64,000 nt of DNA, from contig NC_073385.1 of NCBI RefSeq assembly GCF_028641065.1, forward strand, positions 59,148,001 through 59,212,000, in the 5' to 3' direction. Positions within the stretch are counted from its first letter, which is position 1; the number at the start of each line of letters is the position of its first letter. The DNA comes from Leucoraja erinacea (taxonomy: Eukaryota). A program made the position numbers and the translations under genes. Positions 25,159-37,455 of the stretch are shown in pieces. Below the pieces are notes generated by a model. The model searched no databases, had not been told where the DNA came from, and was given only the letters and a program-made list of their open reading frames with translations.

Positions 25159-26409
25159 TTAAAATGGTTCTTGTTTATATTGACTGCTTTCCTGAGGCAG
25201 CATGGAGTAGATGGGCCGATGGGAGAAGGGACAGAGGGGGAAAGTATGCTTTGTGTGTACATCCACAACTCTCAGCAATTTCGTACAGTTTAGGGCAGAG
25301 CTGTTGCCAAACCAACCTATGATACATCCCAATGTGCATTTCTGCACGTATCCATGTAACAGTCGTTGGAGACAGATTGAACTTCCTGAGTATTCTGAGG
25401 AAGTAGAGACATTGGTGTGCTTTCTTGGATGTAGCTTCAATGTGGTTGGTCCAGGACAAATTATTGGTGGCATTTACACCTAGGACCTTGAAGCTCTCAA
25501 CCATCTCTACTTCGGCACCTTTGATGCTGATTGAGGCATGTACATCCCTTTGTTTCCTGGTCAGTGAATAGCTCCTTTGTCTTGCTTCTAATGAGGGAGA
25601 GACACCGTGACACCATGTTTCTAAGCTCTCTATCTCTTTCCTGTACTCTATTTTGTCATTGTTTGAGATTATGATGGTGTCCTCTGCAAAATGTAGGCAA
25701 AATTAAAACATAATTTGGCCGCATATTCGTGAGCCTATTGGGAGTATAGTAAGGGGTTGAGAAGGCATCCTTTCTGAAGCCGGCAGACATGCCCAGCAGG
25801 TCAGATTATACAAATAGATAAAGATAAACAGAAGGTGAAACGGACTCAGGCAGATAATGAGGTGCTGCTCCTCAAGTATTTGAGCCTCTTGGTATCAGTG
25901 CAAGGTCAGAGAGCGAGTAGGATAGTGAATGGTTATATTGACATACAACCAATGTTGGCCCTTCACCCAACTCATCCATACTGGCCAATATGCCCCACCT
26001 AACCTAGTCCATTACGTGCATTTGACCCAAATCCCTCTAAAACTGTCCTATCCATGTACCTGTCAAAATGTCTTTACATGTTGTTAGCAGGATGTTCAAT
26101 AGAGAGAGTCACATTGGGAACATCAAAAGCAGGAGATGCAATACCTGTCCTTTCATCTCTTGTCTTCCCAACCAGGGCCCACAATTGTCTTTCCTGCTTG
26201 CACTTCTTCCGATATACTGTTCGCGTGTCTGAAGGATTACTATCAGCAACACATTATACAGGCAAAGAGCTTAATCTGCCATTCTAACCATTTCATTTAT
26301 TTACTTGGTCCCACCTTTTCAGATACATTCCGTGTTCTACCAATCCCATCCCCTTCCATCTTCTCTGCCTCTGAACTGACGTATTTTCTCTTTCCCCGTT
26401 ATGATTGAT

Positions 26410-26640
26410 TGTTTGATGTAAAGATACAGCATGGAAACAGGCCCTTAGGCCCATTGAGTCCATGGCAACCATCGATCATTAGTTCTATGTTTGATGTGGG
26501 AGGAAACCGGAGTACATGGAGGAAACCTACGCAGTCACAGGAAGAACGTGCAGATGCCTTACAGACAGCCTCCGAGGTCAGGATCGAACCTGGGTCTCTG
26601 GAGCTGCGATGCAGTGGCTCTGACAACTGGGCCACTGACA
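26410..26640 (-). mobile_element. tRNA-derived SINE
   Basis: Minus-strand B-box GGTTCGATCC in agagacccaggttcgatcctgacc; same family as 53395. Confidence 0.75.
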
Positions 26641-27037
26641 AATCCCAAACGTTAAAATCAACTGTTTCTCTCACTACACATACCATTTAATCTGCTGAGT
26701 GCTTCCAACATTTTCTGTTTTCTGATAATAAATAGTCCAATTTTCTTGTCAACTAGAAACAGATTTTTAAGCAGATGAAGGTGCTTTAACCTATTGCTTA
26801 TCATTTTGGGAAAGCAACCAAGTTCAAATCCCAGTTAAATTTAATTTACTCAATCAGGTAATTTGAGAGGTGGTAAAATGACATGAAAAACAGCAACGTG
26901 TCATTGAAACAGATGTATTGGAAGAGAGCCTGATATTCCCTCCATCTATATGGCATCCCAATCACCTCAAAGGCTGGCTCAAAGTATCTAGTTCTGTACA
27001 TGCTTCACAGACTGAGAACTAAATGTGTCAAACTTAC

Positions 27038-27107
27038 CAAGATACTCAGGGTGGGCAATATCTGCTGTGTCCGTCTGCAACTGTAGCAACTTCATATCCA
27101 GAGATTT
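27038..27107 (-). CDS. HAUS2: HAUS2 coding exon 3
   Basis: catcag|AAA; KSLDMKLLQLQTDTADIAHPEYL (human [23 protein letters not shown], from memory); donor G|GTAAGT. Confidence 0.9.
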
Positions 27108-27427
27108 CTGATGGCCAAACAAAATGAACAAACATTAACAGAACATCGCCGAAGGTCCAATCCAACTGGGCTAAGTTACGGAAGTTTGATTCACCAATGC
27201 ATCACCAGTTAATGAAACAGGATGGGAACGTAGACTGACTAAAATGATTGCAGTGTGGAGATGCTGCCTGGTCTGCTGCTTTCTACAGCACCTTTTACCA
27301 CTTCACTCTCCCAGAATCCACTTTGTGAAGTACACACAGCTGGTATGGTATGGCACTTTACTTATCACATGTACTGAGGTACAGTGACATTCATTTTTGT
27401 ATGTAGTTCAGTACAAGTATTACATAA

Positions 27428-27990
27428 GACAATAGATAATAGGTGCAGGAGTAGGCCATTCGGCCCTTCGAGCCAGCACCGCCATTCAATGTGATCATGG
27501 CTGATCACTCCAATCAGTACCCCGTTCCTGCCTTCTCCTCATATCACCTGACTCTGCTATCTTTAAGAGCCCCATCTCGCTTTCTCTTGAAAGTATCCAG
27601 AGAACCGGCCTCCACCGCCCTCTGAGGCAGAGAATTCCAGACTCACAACTCTGTGTGAAAAAGCACAGATACTTCTTAGATAAACACAGATACTTCTTAA
27701 GGATAAGGGGGGAATCCTTTAAAACCGAGATGAGAAGAACCTTTTTTCACACAGAGAGTGGTGAATCTCTGGAACTCTCTGCCACAGAGGGTAGTTGAGG
27801 CCAGTTCATTGGCTATATTTAAGAGGGAGTTAGATGTGGCCCTTGTGGCTAAGGGGATCAGGGGGTATGGAGAGAAGGCAGGTACGGGATACTGAGTTGG
27901 ATGATCAGCCATGATCATATTGAATGGTGGTGCAGGCTCGAAGGGCCGAATGGCCTACTCCTGCACCTAATTTCTATGTTTCTATTCTAT
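27428..27990. mobile_element. Two CR1 3' ends in inverted orientation
   Basis: 27428-27660 (-) is the reverse complement of part of 27700-27990 (+), which ends ...gcacctaatttctatgtttctat. Confidence 0.8.
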
Positions 27991-29804
27991 AAACATCTCA
28001 GATACAGTACATGTCTGCAGCAACAAATACACTGAGACAGTTTGACGCCATTTTCAAGTCCCAGTGTTGTAAGTGCAAGATTCTTGACTCGAACATTGTC
28101 TTGGCGGCGTTGCAGGGTCGGCCTGACCAAGCATAGTCATGGTGTCCTCCGCCACGGCAGGCCTAGTCTGGTCCTCGTGCTCGGCTTCTTGGGGTGGCGC
28201 CCAGTCCAGCCGAGCCTCAGACAGGTGCAGGACCTCCAGCTGCCCACGCCATCGCCGAGGCAGTGCACTGCCTCCTGCAATTGGTCTGCTTACTGGCCCA
28301 CCGAGCGACTCCTTCCACTCAAGGCGGGTCCTCCGTCCGCGGTGGGCTGGAAAGCTTTTTTTTTAAAAGGGGAGCGGGCTGGGGATAGGTGATGGTGAGG
28401 GAAGTGTAGCTGTTTGGATAGAAAACTGACAAAAAGCTTTTGCAAAAGTGAAGGATTATTTTCAAGCTTAAGGGGTGAAATTTCCAGTATGAGTCACTGA
28501 TTATATATTAGTGTCCTTAACTTGACCACACACATTGCATTTAACTGAGAACAAGCTCACCTTTAATAATACTCCCCTCTCTCCCTCAGCAGAGCTATAG
28601 AGTGTAACCCTGTCTGTAATGTGAAGGTTGTGTATTTGATTCCCATTTTGGAGACTGAGGGTGTGATCCTGCTAACAGCCCCATGCAGCGATGACACTGT
28701 TACCCTTCCCGAGGTGGCCTTTCAAAGATTAAACATGGACGTCCTTTCAGATAAAAGATTTTCTGTCATGAATCAGTAGAGCAGCAAAGTTCTTTCTTGT
28801 GTTCTCATCATAGTTTAGCCCTCAACCCATGACAAATAATCGGTTGCATTTTTGGTTACTGCAATTCTTTACGTTTCTGCATTGACAGCGAATGAAGAAT
28901 TGTTTCGACTGCCGTTATGTTAATTTTGTTTTATAAACAGCTGGGACAATTTCAGCGCTGGAATAAAATAAAAATTGACTTCTAATGCCGTCAACGCCGA
29001 CAACGGAACGGATCTCACGTATGGGACAGTAAAGGTAAACCGTTTATTTTACATATAAACGTGCTTCTTAGGATTACCTTAATCCAAATTTTATGTTGCG
29101 AAAAGGTGATTTAGGCCCCATACGAACCGGCAGTGTTTTTCCTGCCGATATGGGGTTTAAATTCACCGCAAACCGTAACGTTCCAAACGATCGCGTTCCA
29201 CAAAATCCCACTCGCAAGATGATTTAAATGGCCATTAATTTACGGGAATTAAACACTAAATTCCTTCCATTTGACCTATAAATTCATGACAATGAGATTT
29301 TAAAATCATGTTATATTATGAATTCTTGTGTGAGTGTTATTTGGACAATTAGGCTATTTAAAAATGTTAATCTTTTCTGAAGAAATGGATAGATGTTTAG
29401 ATCTAGTAATTGCATTTTGTAATTAGCTACAATTAGGTAGCCAAGTATTTATATGCTTGAATTTCAGGTCATCCAAGTAAGATTGTTTCACTTTTTTTTT
29501 CAGAATGCTTCAATCTATAATAACTGAAAATGTATTTCAGTTCTCTTAATTTTTAAGAAAGTTATGGGCATTTGACTGTCCTCGATCACAGCTTTTGTGT
29601 TAAGTCAATGGAAAAGCAATAGGGAACAAGATGCTAATTTCCGTGTATGAAAATGGCCATAACCTTTTTAATACTGAAGATATGAAAATGAATTAGGTGT
29701 CAAATTAAACTTCTTTTTTATGCTTTATCTGATGGGATAAATTGCAGACTTGATATTTAAAATCTCAAAATTTTGTAACATTGCTACTTCAGAGCAAATC
29801 AGTT

Positions 29805-29858
29805 GGGGTGGGAGATTGCAACCTTCACATGGTCCGCCCTGTTTCAACTAGTGCAATC
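29805..29858 (+). ncRNA. HDV-like ribozyme motif lacking P4 (this copy possibly decayed)
   Basis: P1 GGGGUGG/CCGCCCU, P2 GAUUGCA/UGCAAUC, P3 ACC/GGU, 7-nt L3 UUCACAU, J4/2 CUAG, in HDV nested-pseudoknot order. Confidence 0.75.
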
Positions 29859-29955
29859 AACCTGGCATGCACAATCAAATAAGATCAAATAGAACAAGTT
29901 GTCCTACAACTTAAGGCTGTGCACGCCATATGCAAGAAGAAGAAGAAGAAGAAGA
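29805..29955 (+). mobile_element. 151-bp non-autonomous retroelement with 5' HDV-like ribozyme fold and Vingi-type 3' end with (GAA)n tail
   Basis: 14-bp TSD AGAGCAAATCAGTT at 29791-29804 and 29956-29969; 3' end matches the LINE at 34093-34124 (-). Confidence 0.85.
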
Positions 29956-29996
29956 AGAGCAAATCAGTTTATCATCTGGAGTATAAATGCCTGTAC

Positions 29997-30101
29997 CTGC
30001 TGAAGGTCTGCCCTGGCGTGTGAAACCGCATCCAGCAGTTTGAAGCGCTGGATAAATGGCACTGAATTTTCAAACTGCAAGTTATTCCAGTCCAAATCTT
30101 C
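29997..30101 (-). CDS. HAUS2: HAUS2 coding exon 2
   Basis: aaacag|GAA; EDLDWNNLQFENSVPFIQRFKLLDAVSHARADLQQ; donor CAG|GTACAG; phase 0/0. Confidence 0.8.
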
Positions 30102-31189
30102 CTGTTTATATAGAGAAAAACACAGTAATGTTAGTTGAAGCCACAGTGGACCGTATAAATCGTTCATCTACTGTGTCCCTGCATAGCTGTGGACCGTGGT
30201 GCTCCATTTTAAAATGGAATGGGACAGAAAAGGATCATAGAAGCAGTAAATGGAACAGAATCAGCAAGATCAAAGGTTGATGGTAGGAAGCTTGTTATGT
30301 AACACCGTGTTTTTGTAAAAGCCAGTCCAGTGTGGGATGAATCATTAGTCAAAGGATAGCTGGTGCACCAGGGCTTTTAAATAAAAGCAGACATATGAAA
30401 CTCCTTTTCCCGCCTTTGTACACTCATCTGCCATCCACGAGTTCCCCGTTCCCATTTTATTTACACCCCCTTCCCCTTCCACCAATATCCATGCCTCCAG
30501 CTTTACATTTCTTCTTTCCGTATTGGACTCCTTTTGTCTCCTTTTCACGTCTAGCCTTTGCCACTTGCTCTATCCATTTACCAATCTATACCCCTCACCT
30601 GCATAGACCCGAAACCACCTATTTATTTTCTCCAGAGATGCTGCCTGACCCACTGAGTTACTCCAGCCTTTAGTGTCTGTCTTCGGTTTAAACCAGCATC
30701 AGCAGTTTCTCCCTCCACCTTTCAGTCGTCAGGCTTTGTCTCACCCCAACCTCTCTTTTCCAGCTATCTCCCCCATCAACATCAGTCTGAAAATGGGTCC
30801 TGACACAAAACATCACCTGTACATTCCTTCCACAGATGCTGACTGACATGCTGAGTTCCTCCAGTAGTTTATTCCTGGCTCTTTAAAAAAAAATGTTTAT
30901 AGCCACCATTCTTTGTCCTCCGCGAATGATCTCATGAAGTGAGTGACCTGCCAAATCTTTTCAATGAGGGAATTAAGTCTCAGTTTGGAATCGGTGGATT
31001 TCAATCATGTCATCTGGATTCACATACATATTGCTCTTTTGACCCCCTGATGGATCAAGGTCTATTCCTGGTTGACATTATTTCTGAATAACCCCCCTCT
31101 CATACTCTTCACACATCTGAAGTCTTCCATGTTTAAAGTGTTCTATACTTCCTTCTGTTTAGTTAATACCACTTTACATCCAGGACTCC

Positions 31190-31414
31190 CTGGATACACA
31201 AAAAGCTGGAGTAACTCAGCAGATCAGACACCATCCCTGGAGAAAAGGAAAAGGTGACGTTTCAGGCCGAGACCCTTCTTCATACTGAGAGCCAGGGTTT
31301 TGACCCGAAACGCCACCTATTCTTTTCTCCTTAGATGCTGCCTGTCCCGCTGAGTTACTCCAATTTACTGTGTCCGTCTGCAGTTTAGACCAGCATCTGC
31401 AGTTCCTTCCTACA
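31190..31414. mobile_element. Penelope-derived fold-back element in HAUS2 intron 1 (further decayed copies at ~30600-30870)
   Basis: Inverted family tails meeting at two partial hammerhead cores (31256-31320). Confidence 0.7.
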
Positions 31415-31840
31415 CTAAGGATTTCCTGTAGTTGCCTTCCTTATATTTTGCCCTTACAGGGACATGTTAACCCCTGTGTAAAGGTTTCTTGTCGGAGGCA
31501 AGGCTCTGTTGTGACTAGCACAAGAGGACACGTCCACACCGAGTTAGAGTTCAAGAGCCCGTTTAATCTGCAATCACTGCCTTTTATCTTGAAGGTCACT
31601 TGACCTCAGTCACGAGTTTCAGTTACATATATTACATTACAAAGACATCACATCTCCCCCTTTACTTTAAAGACATTACAGGCACTGGTATTTACACTAT
31701 ATACATATTACATGTATTACATAACGTACCACAACATCACACCCTGTACTCTCACTATTTCAGTGTTAACAATGTGTGCTGATTCCCCCACTGTAGGAGA
31801 GGCATTAACCCCACCTTGGAGATAGGTGAGCCAGCCATAC

Positions 31841-31930
31841 CTGCGACAACGCCCCAGATGTCAGGCACCTCTGCAGGAAGCGGGCGGCTGGGTTGGGCGC
31901 TGCTGGATCCCAGGGATTACCGGCCTGCAT
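31841..31930 (-). CDS. HAUS2: HAUS2 (augmin/HAUS subunit 2) coding exon 1
   Basis: MQAGNPWDPAAPNPAARFLQRCLTSGALSQ matches the HAUS2 N-terminal NPWDPA motif; donor CAG|GTATGG; upstream acceptor ttttccag puts the exon start at 31948. Confidence 0.88.
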
Positions 31931-32036
31931 CCTCGCCGCAACTCTTGGCTGGAAAACAAGTTGTGGGGAATGAAAGGTCATCATTCGTGGAGTCAACGCA
32001 GAGTTTAACCCACGAGAACCTCACACACTGAAGAGA

Positions 32037-32267
32037 CGGGGGGAGGAGAGGGTGGACAGGGGTGGGGGGGGGGGGGGGGGGTGGTGAACAAGGGGACTAG
32101 GGGTGAGAGGAGAGGGGGGGGGGGTGAGGAGGGGGACGGGAGTGGGGAGGAGGAGGGGACGGGAGGGGGAGGGGGACGGGGGGGAGAGGGGCAGGGGGGG
32201 GGAGAGAGGAGTTGCTTTTGGGAGAGAGGGGGGGAGATGCTTTTGGGGGGGGGGGGGGGGGGGGGGT
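32037..32267 (+). repeat. G-rich low-complexity tract with long poly-G runs
   Basis: Many G3+ runs, including runs of more than 15 G. Confidence 0.85.
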
Positions 32268-32269
32268 CG

Positions 32270-32930
32270 ATGACCGTTACTAACCGTTTGCCGCTTTGGC
32301 GCCGGCGCCCGCTTCAATCTTTGGCTTTTATGGCGGCGACGTCAGTGTCAGTCGCGCGCCGATGACGTAGTGTAGGCCGCCATGTTGGGAAGGTCGAAGA
32401 CCGACACAAAATGCCGGCGTCACTAAGCGGGTCAATGCAGCCGGAATTTACAGGAGAGAAGGAATGGGGTGACGCCAGCATTTTGTGCATCTATCTCCGG
32501 TTTAAACCAGAATCTGCAGATCCTTCCTGCCCATGTTGGGAAGGTCGCCTGACCCCGTTCCCTTGCAGCCGTTGCCCGGGCAACCGGCCCACAGCGCCCG
32601 CCGGACGTGGCGTCAACGGGCTTCCGGACGGCGCTCGGGCCTTGGCCCTGGAGACGGGAGGAGCGGCCGCGGGTCCAGGTAACGACCGCCGGCCCGGGTA
32701 GTGACTGTGAGCCCAGGCACTGGCTCACCGCGGGGATGTCTCCGAGCACCGGTACTGTCCACTTTCCAGCCGTCTTGTACCTGTTGTCCGTCTCCCGGGT
32801 GGAGGGAGGGAGGCAAGCGCTGTCTCCGGGTGGGTGGGTGGGTTGCCCCAGCCCCAGCCCCCCGGGTGTGGGTAGCGGATGAATGGGAGGGAGAGGAGGG
32901 GTAGGAGGGAATAGAGGGCGGTTTGCGAGC
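32270..32930. promoter_or_regulatory. Bidirectional CpG-island promoter for HAUS2 (-) and LRRC57 (+), with putative non-coding first exons
   Basis: CpG-rich; opposed YY1-like motifs (ATGGCGGC 32330-32337, CCGCCATGTT 32377-32386) and CRE-like ACGTCA/TGACGT; candidate donors ACG|GTTAGT (-, exon end 32285) and CAG|GTAACG (+, exon end 32678); the two genes are also head-to-head in human. Confidence 0.75.
32397..32530. mobile_element. Diverged Penelope-derived fold-back insertion inside the bidirectional promoter
   Basis: 17-bp TSD CCATGTTGGGAAGGTCG at 32380-32396 and 32531-32547; gacacaaaatgc...ccagcattttgtg...tttaaaccagaatctgcag family sequence. Confidence 0.75.
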
Positions 32931-33539
32931 ACCCGGAGTGGATGGGAGGGAAGCCCTCAAACCTCCGCCCCCCCACCATCTCTGCAGCCACTATCAGACG
33001 TGTGAGTGAGGTTCTCGGGTTGTCCCACCCCCCGTGATTTACAGGATGCAGGTGGAACCCACCGGGCTCCACAACTTGTGTTTGGTTCCTTCACTGCGAA
33101 GGAGGTGGACACCGATGCAGTACACAAGATTGGAAACAAATGCCAATGGATTACATTTTGCCCACAATGGTAGTAATATGGTAGTATTAGGTGCACCACC
33201 TGTACTCGTGATCCGTTGATCCGGTATTAGGTGTTACTACCAGTCTTGGTGCATTGATCAAGTATTAGGTGTACCAGAGTCCTGGCAATCAATCGATCCA
33301 GTACTGGATGTTTCAATGGTTCTTTTGCACAGTTCTGGTAATCCATTGATCTAGAAGAGGCCAAACATTGATACATTGACTGGTCTGGGTGTTGATAATG
33401 ACCTGTGAATGGGGGATGAGGGTATGGTCCCAGTCAGGAGGTGGATATTGCATGAGTTCCTCATTGATCATCTTTTCTCTTTCTTTAGATTTGATCTAGT
33501 GTTGGACAGAGTTCTCACCTTAAGCAGAACTGGATGTGA

Positions 33540-33752
<213 letters not shown>

Positions 33753-34084
33753 TAGTGGGCACCTGCTGAAGCTGCTCTGGGAAACTTCAGAGAATCTGAC
33801 CTGATCTCCTCTTCCTTTGGTGTTTCACCGCATTGGTTACTAGAGTGAGCAGGAGCAGGGATCCTGTCTGATGAACCCCCTCACAAAGTGCCAGCTGCTC
33901 GGACCCATCAAAGTGAAGCATAGCAGTTTGTTCCTGTTTCAAAAGTTTAGTTCTGTGGCTCCGAAATTTACGAGTTTGTCAATGGCTCCTCACAATAAAA
34001 TGAGCCTGATGTTACCAGTCACCTCAAAAACACAAGAAAACAGGAATAAGCTACTCGGCCCCTCAAGCCCATTCGGTTATTCAA

Positions 34085-35015
34085 TCTTCTTTTTGCGTAT
34101 GGCGTGCAAAGCCTAAAGTTGTAGATCAAGGGTAGACGTCCAGGCCAGGACAGCATCAGTTGATGGCTTTGATGCCCCCAGGGAAAAGCCTCAGTGAGCA
34201 GTCATTCACAATCTGGGATGATCTGGTCTGGATGTCCACAGTCGCAAGCAGGGCTGTCTGTCGTCCCCCACTTATGCAGGTGATGGGCTGTTCTTGCATG
34301 GAGGGTGTGGATTCTGTTCAGGGTTAGCCATTGCTTGTGATGGAGGTCAAAACCCGGTGGTTTCACTAAGGGGTCTCTGATGACCTCTCCGTTGTTGGTG
34401 TTTCTAGCCTCTGCGCCACAGTCTTGGAGTCAAAGTCTTCCAGGGATTTAACGGAAGACCAGAAGGATTTGCGGGACTTTAGGCGCATGTTGGGGAGATC
34501 GTTCAAGTCAGCATGGATGGGAAGGTCAGGGTTAGTCTCGATGGTGCACCAATCTTTCAACATCCTCGCCCTTCTGGGAGGGGCAATATGAGAGAGGACA
34601 GGGAGCCACTGCAAAGGTGTTGACTTAAGGGTCCCTGTGATGACCCGCATTGCAGAGTTAAGGACAATGTCAACTCGTTTGGTGTGGCAGCTATTAGCCC
34701 AAGCTGTTGAGCAAAACTCGGCTGTTGAGTAGACTAGGGCTAAGCTTGCGGTACAGAGGGTGTGTGCATTGGATCTCCAGCTGTTGCCTGCAAGTTTCCT
34801 GATAATGTTGACCCTTGTTTTCAGTTTATCAGCCACCCTCTTCAGGTGTTCAGTATAGGTGAGGGTGCGATCCAGGATGACTCCGAGGTACTTGGGGAAT
34901 TCTTCATTCTTCACCGGGTTACCACAAAGAGACACTCGGAGCTTTGCGTTGGCCAGCCGATTGTTGAGATGAAAGGCAGTGACAGTTGTCTTAGATGGGT
35001 TAGGGCGGTCGTCCT
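34085..35015 (-). mobile_element. Vingi/Ingi-like LINE 3' fragment in LRRC57 intron
   Basis: PKYLGVILDRTLTY..HL...ADKLKTRVNIIRKLAG.SW...ALVYSTAEFC..AW...TPLQWLPVLSHIAPP; C-terminal HKWG...PACDCGHPDQT; very short 3' UTR with AAGA tail; clade assigned from remembered motifs. Confidence 0.72.
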
Positions 35016-35293
35016 AATTGACTGATCTATGCAGACCTCTACCCCTTTTCTGTGCCAGTTCCCCATAACCTATTTATTTATCAAACATTTATCTCTCTTC
35101 GCCATATCTATACATCTACTGATCTGGCCTCCACCACCCTTGGAGGCAAGAAATGACAATGGTGATAGTAGTTAATTGAGGGGGGGGTGAGGTGAAAGTT
35201 GGCGTTTGGCCCAGAAACACATGGGCAGTGCTTGATGTAAGATCACCCTTGTAATCAACACAGATCTTTTAAAATTTGTTTCTAAATGTTTAG

Positions 35294-35440
<147 letters not shown>

Positions 35441-36349
35441 TAACCCAATGCTGTGGTGTCCTGTTGTTGTTGTCACTTCAGATCCAGCCCTAACACTTTC
35501 ACTTCATCCAATTGCAAATGCAAAATGACCTCCCACTTCCTGCTGCATTTTCTTACCCCCCCCCCCCCCCCCCATCCACCGGTTCTTTTTGCTGCAATAT
35601 TTTTCTACATTCCTTCTATATTTTGGTTAATTTTTTTTTCAAATTATTTATTTCCGTGCTGCTTTAGATATAACCAGCCCAATGGCAGTATTCAGACACT
35701 TACATTTAATAATATCTCTGGCTCTAGTCTTGTTTTAATTGAAGCTCCCACCTCTCCTGCAGGCTACTGTTGACTGATCTTAATCCCAGAAGTCATGCTG
35801 CTCCTTTCCCTGCTTAAAAAAACCTTGATCCCATCTCCAAATCCCACACTCTCGCCTACGTCCCCCGTCCACACACATCCTTGGCATTTCACTCCTATCT
35901 CTCCTTATCTGACATCATTTTGTCTCCACATCACAGCCTTTGTCTAACTCCACCCATTTGCCAATAAACTCCTCCTCACCTGTAAACACACCTATCAGTT
36001 GCCATGCTTTGACCTGCCACCACCTCTTTTTCCTCATCGTTCTCCCCTTCCTCCACAGTCTGAAGAAAGGGGCCTGTCTCAAAATGTCACTGGTCCATTC
36101 CCTCCCCAGATGATCTAATAAGTTCCCCCAGCATTGGTATTTAACTCAAATTTCCAGCAGCTGCAGTCACTGTGTGTCCAGCCCACTGTGCAAACTATCC
36201 ATGCCATTCCCTGCCACTACAGTTCCAGAAAAAGGAATCCTTCCCTCCTGCAACATCTCTAGCCTCAGTGACCAGCAATCAGATGTTGGCACGGGACCTC
36301 GCTAATTCTCAATCTTGCCCACTGAACAAGTTTGCCTTTGTTGGCCTGA

Positions 36350-36655
<306 letters not shown>

Positions 36656-37455
36656 TAGCTCCAGCACTGGAGGATGGGCAAGAAAGGTTGTGTGCACTCT
36701 GAGCATTGGTTGTTCAGTGACAGTCCTTTGCTTCAATCTTCATGGTGTACATTGAGCTGTTAACATTAGTTATGCACAACAGGAGCAGCATACAATAGTT
36801 CTGCTATAATATGATGGGGGGGGGGGGGGGGGGGGGGGGGGCAGCGCCAGAGACCTGGGTTCGATCCTGCTACGGGTACTGTCTGTACAGAATTTATGTT
36901 CTCCCTGTAACTGTGTGGGTGCTCCATCTATCCATTTTCCCCCATAGATGCTGCCTGGCCTGCTGGGTTCCTTCAACAGTGCTTTTTGCTGTTTTTGTGT
37001 AACCTCTCTCCTGTTAACGGAGACCGTTGTCTCTTAAGAACAGCCTTGCAGAGTCACTGCAGGTGACCATTGAAATTGGTAATCGCTACTATTGCCACGT
37101 GCAACAATACTCTAATAAACAATGTAACCTCCACCCTTCAGTATTTTTAGCTTGTAGTAATTAAAAAAACTATTATGAAAGGTCTCTGGTCCCTAAACTC
37201 CCTTTCCCCACTGGCATAGTTTTTATGATGTGATTTTCTACATTGTAGGGTTTCTCAGATGCTATTTACTCCACAGTCTGTATTATACCATCTTTAGTTT
37301 TCAGCATCCCAATGTGAGCAGTGGAAGCCAGCACGGATCTGTAAAGACCAAATCACAGCTACAAGTTTTTGTTTTAGCAGTTAATTATTGTTTGAAGTGA
37401 GGTCAACTGTTGAATATAGGTGAGGTATTATTAAACTAGCATGGACAGAGGGGAG

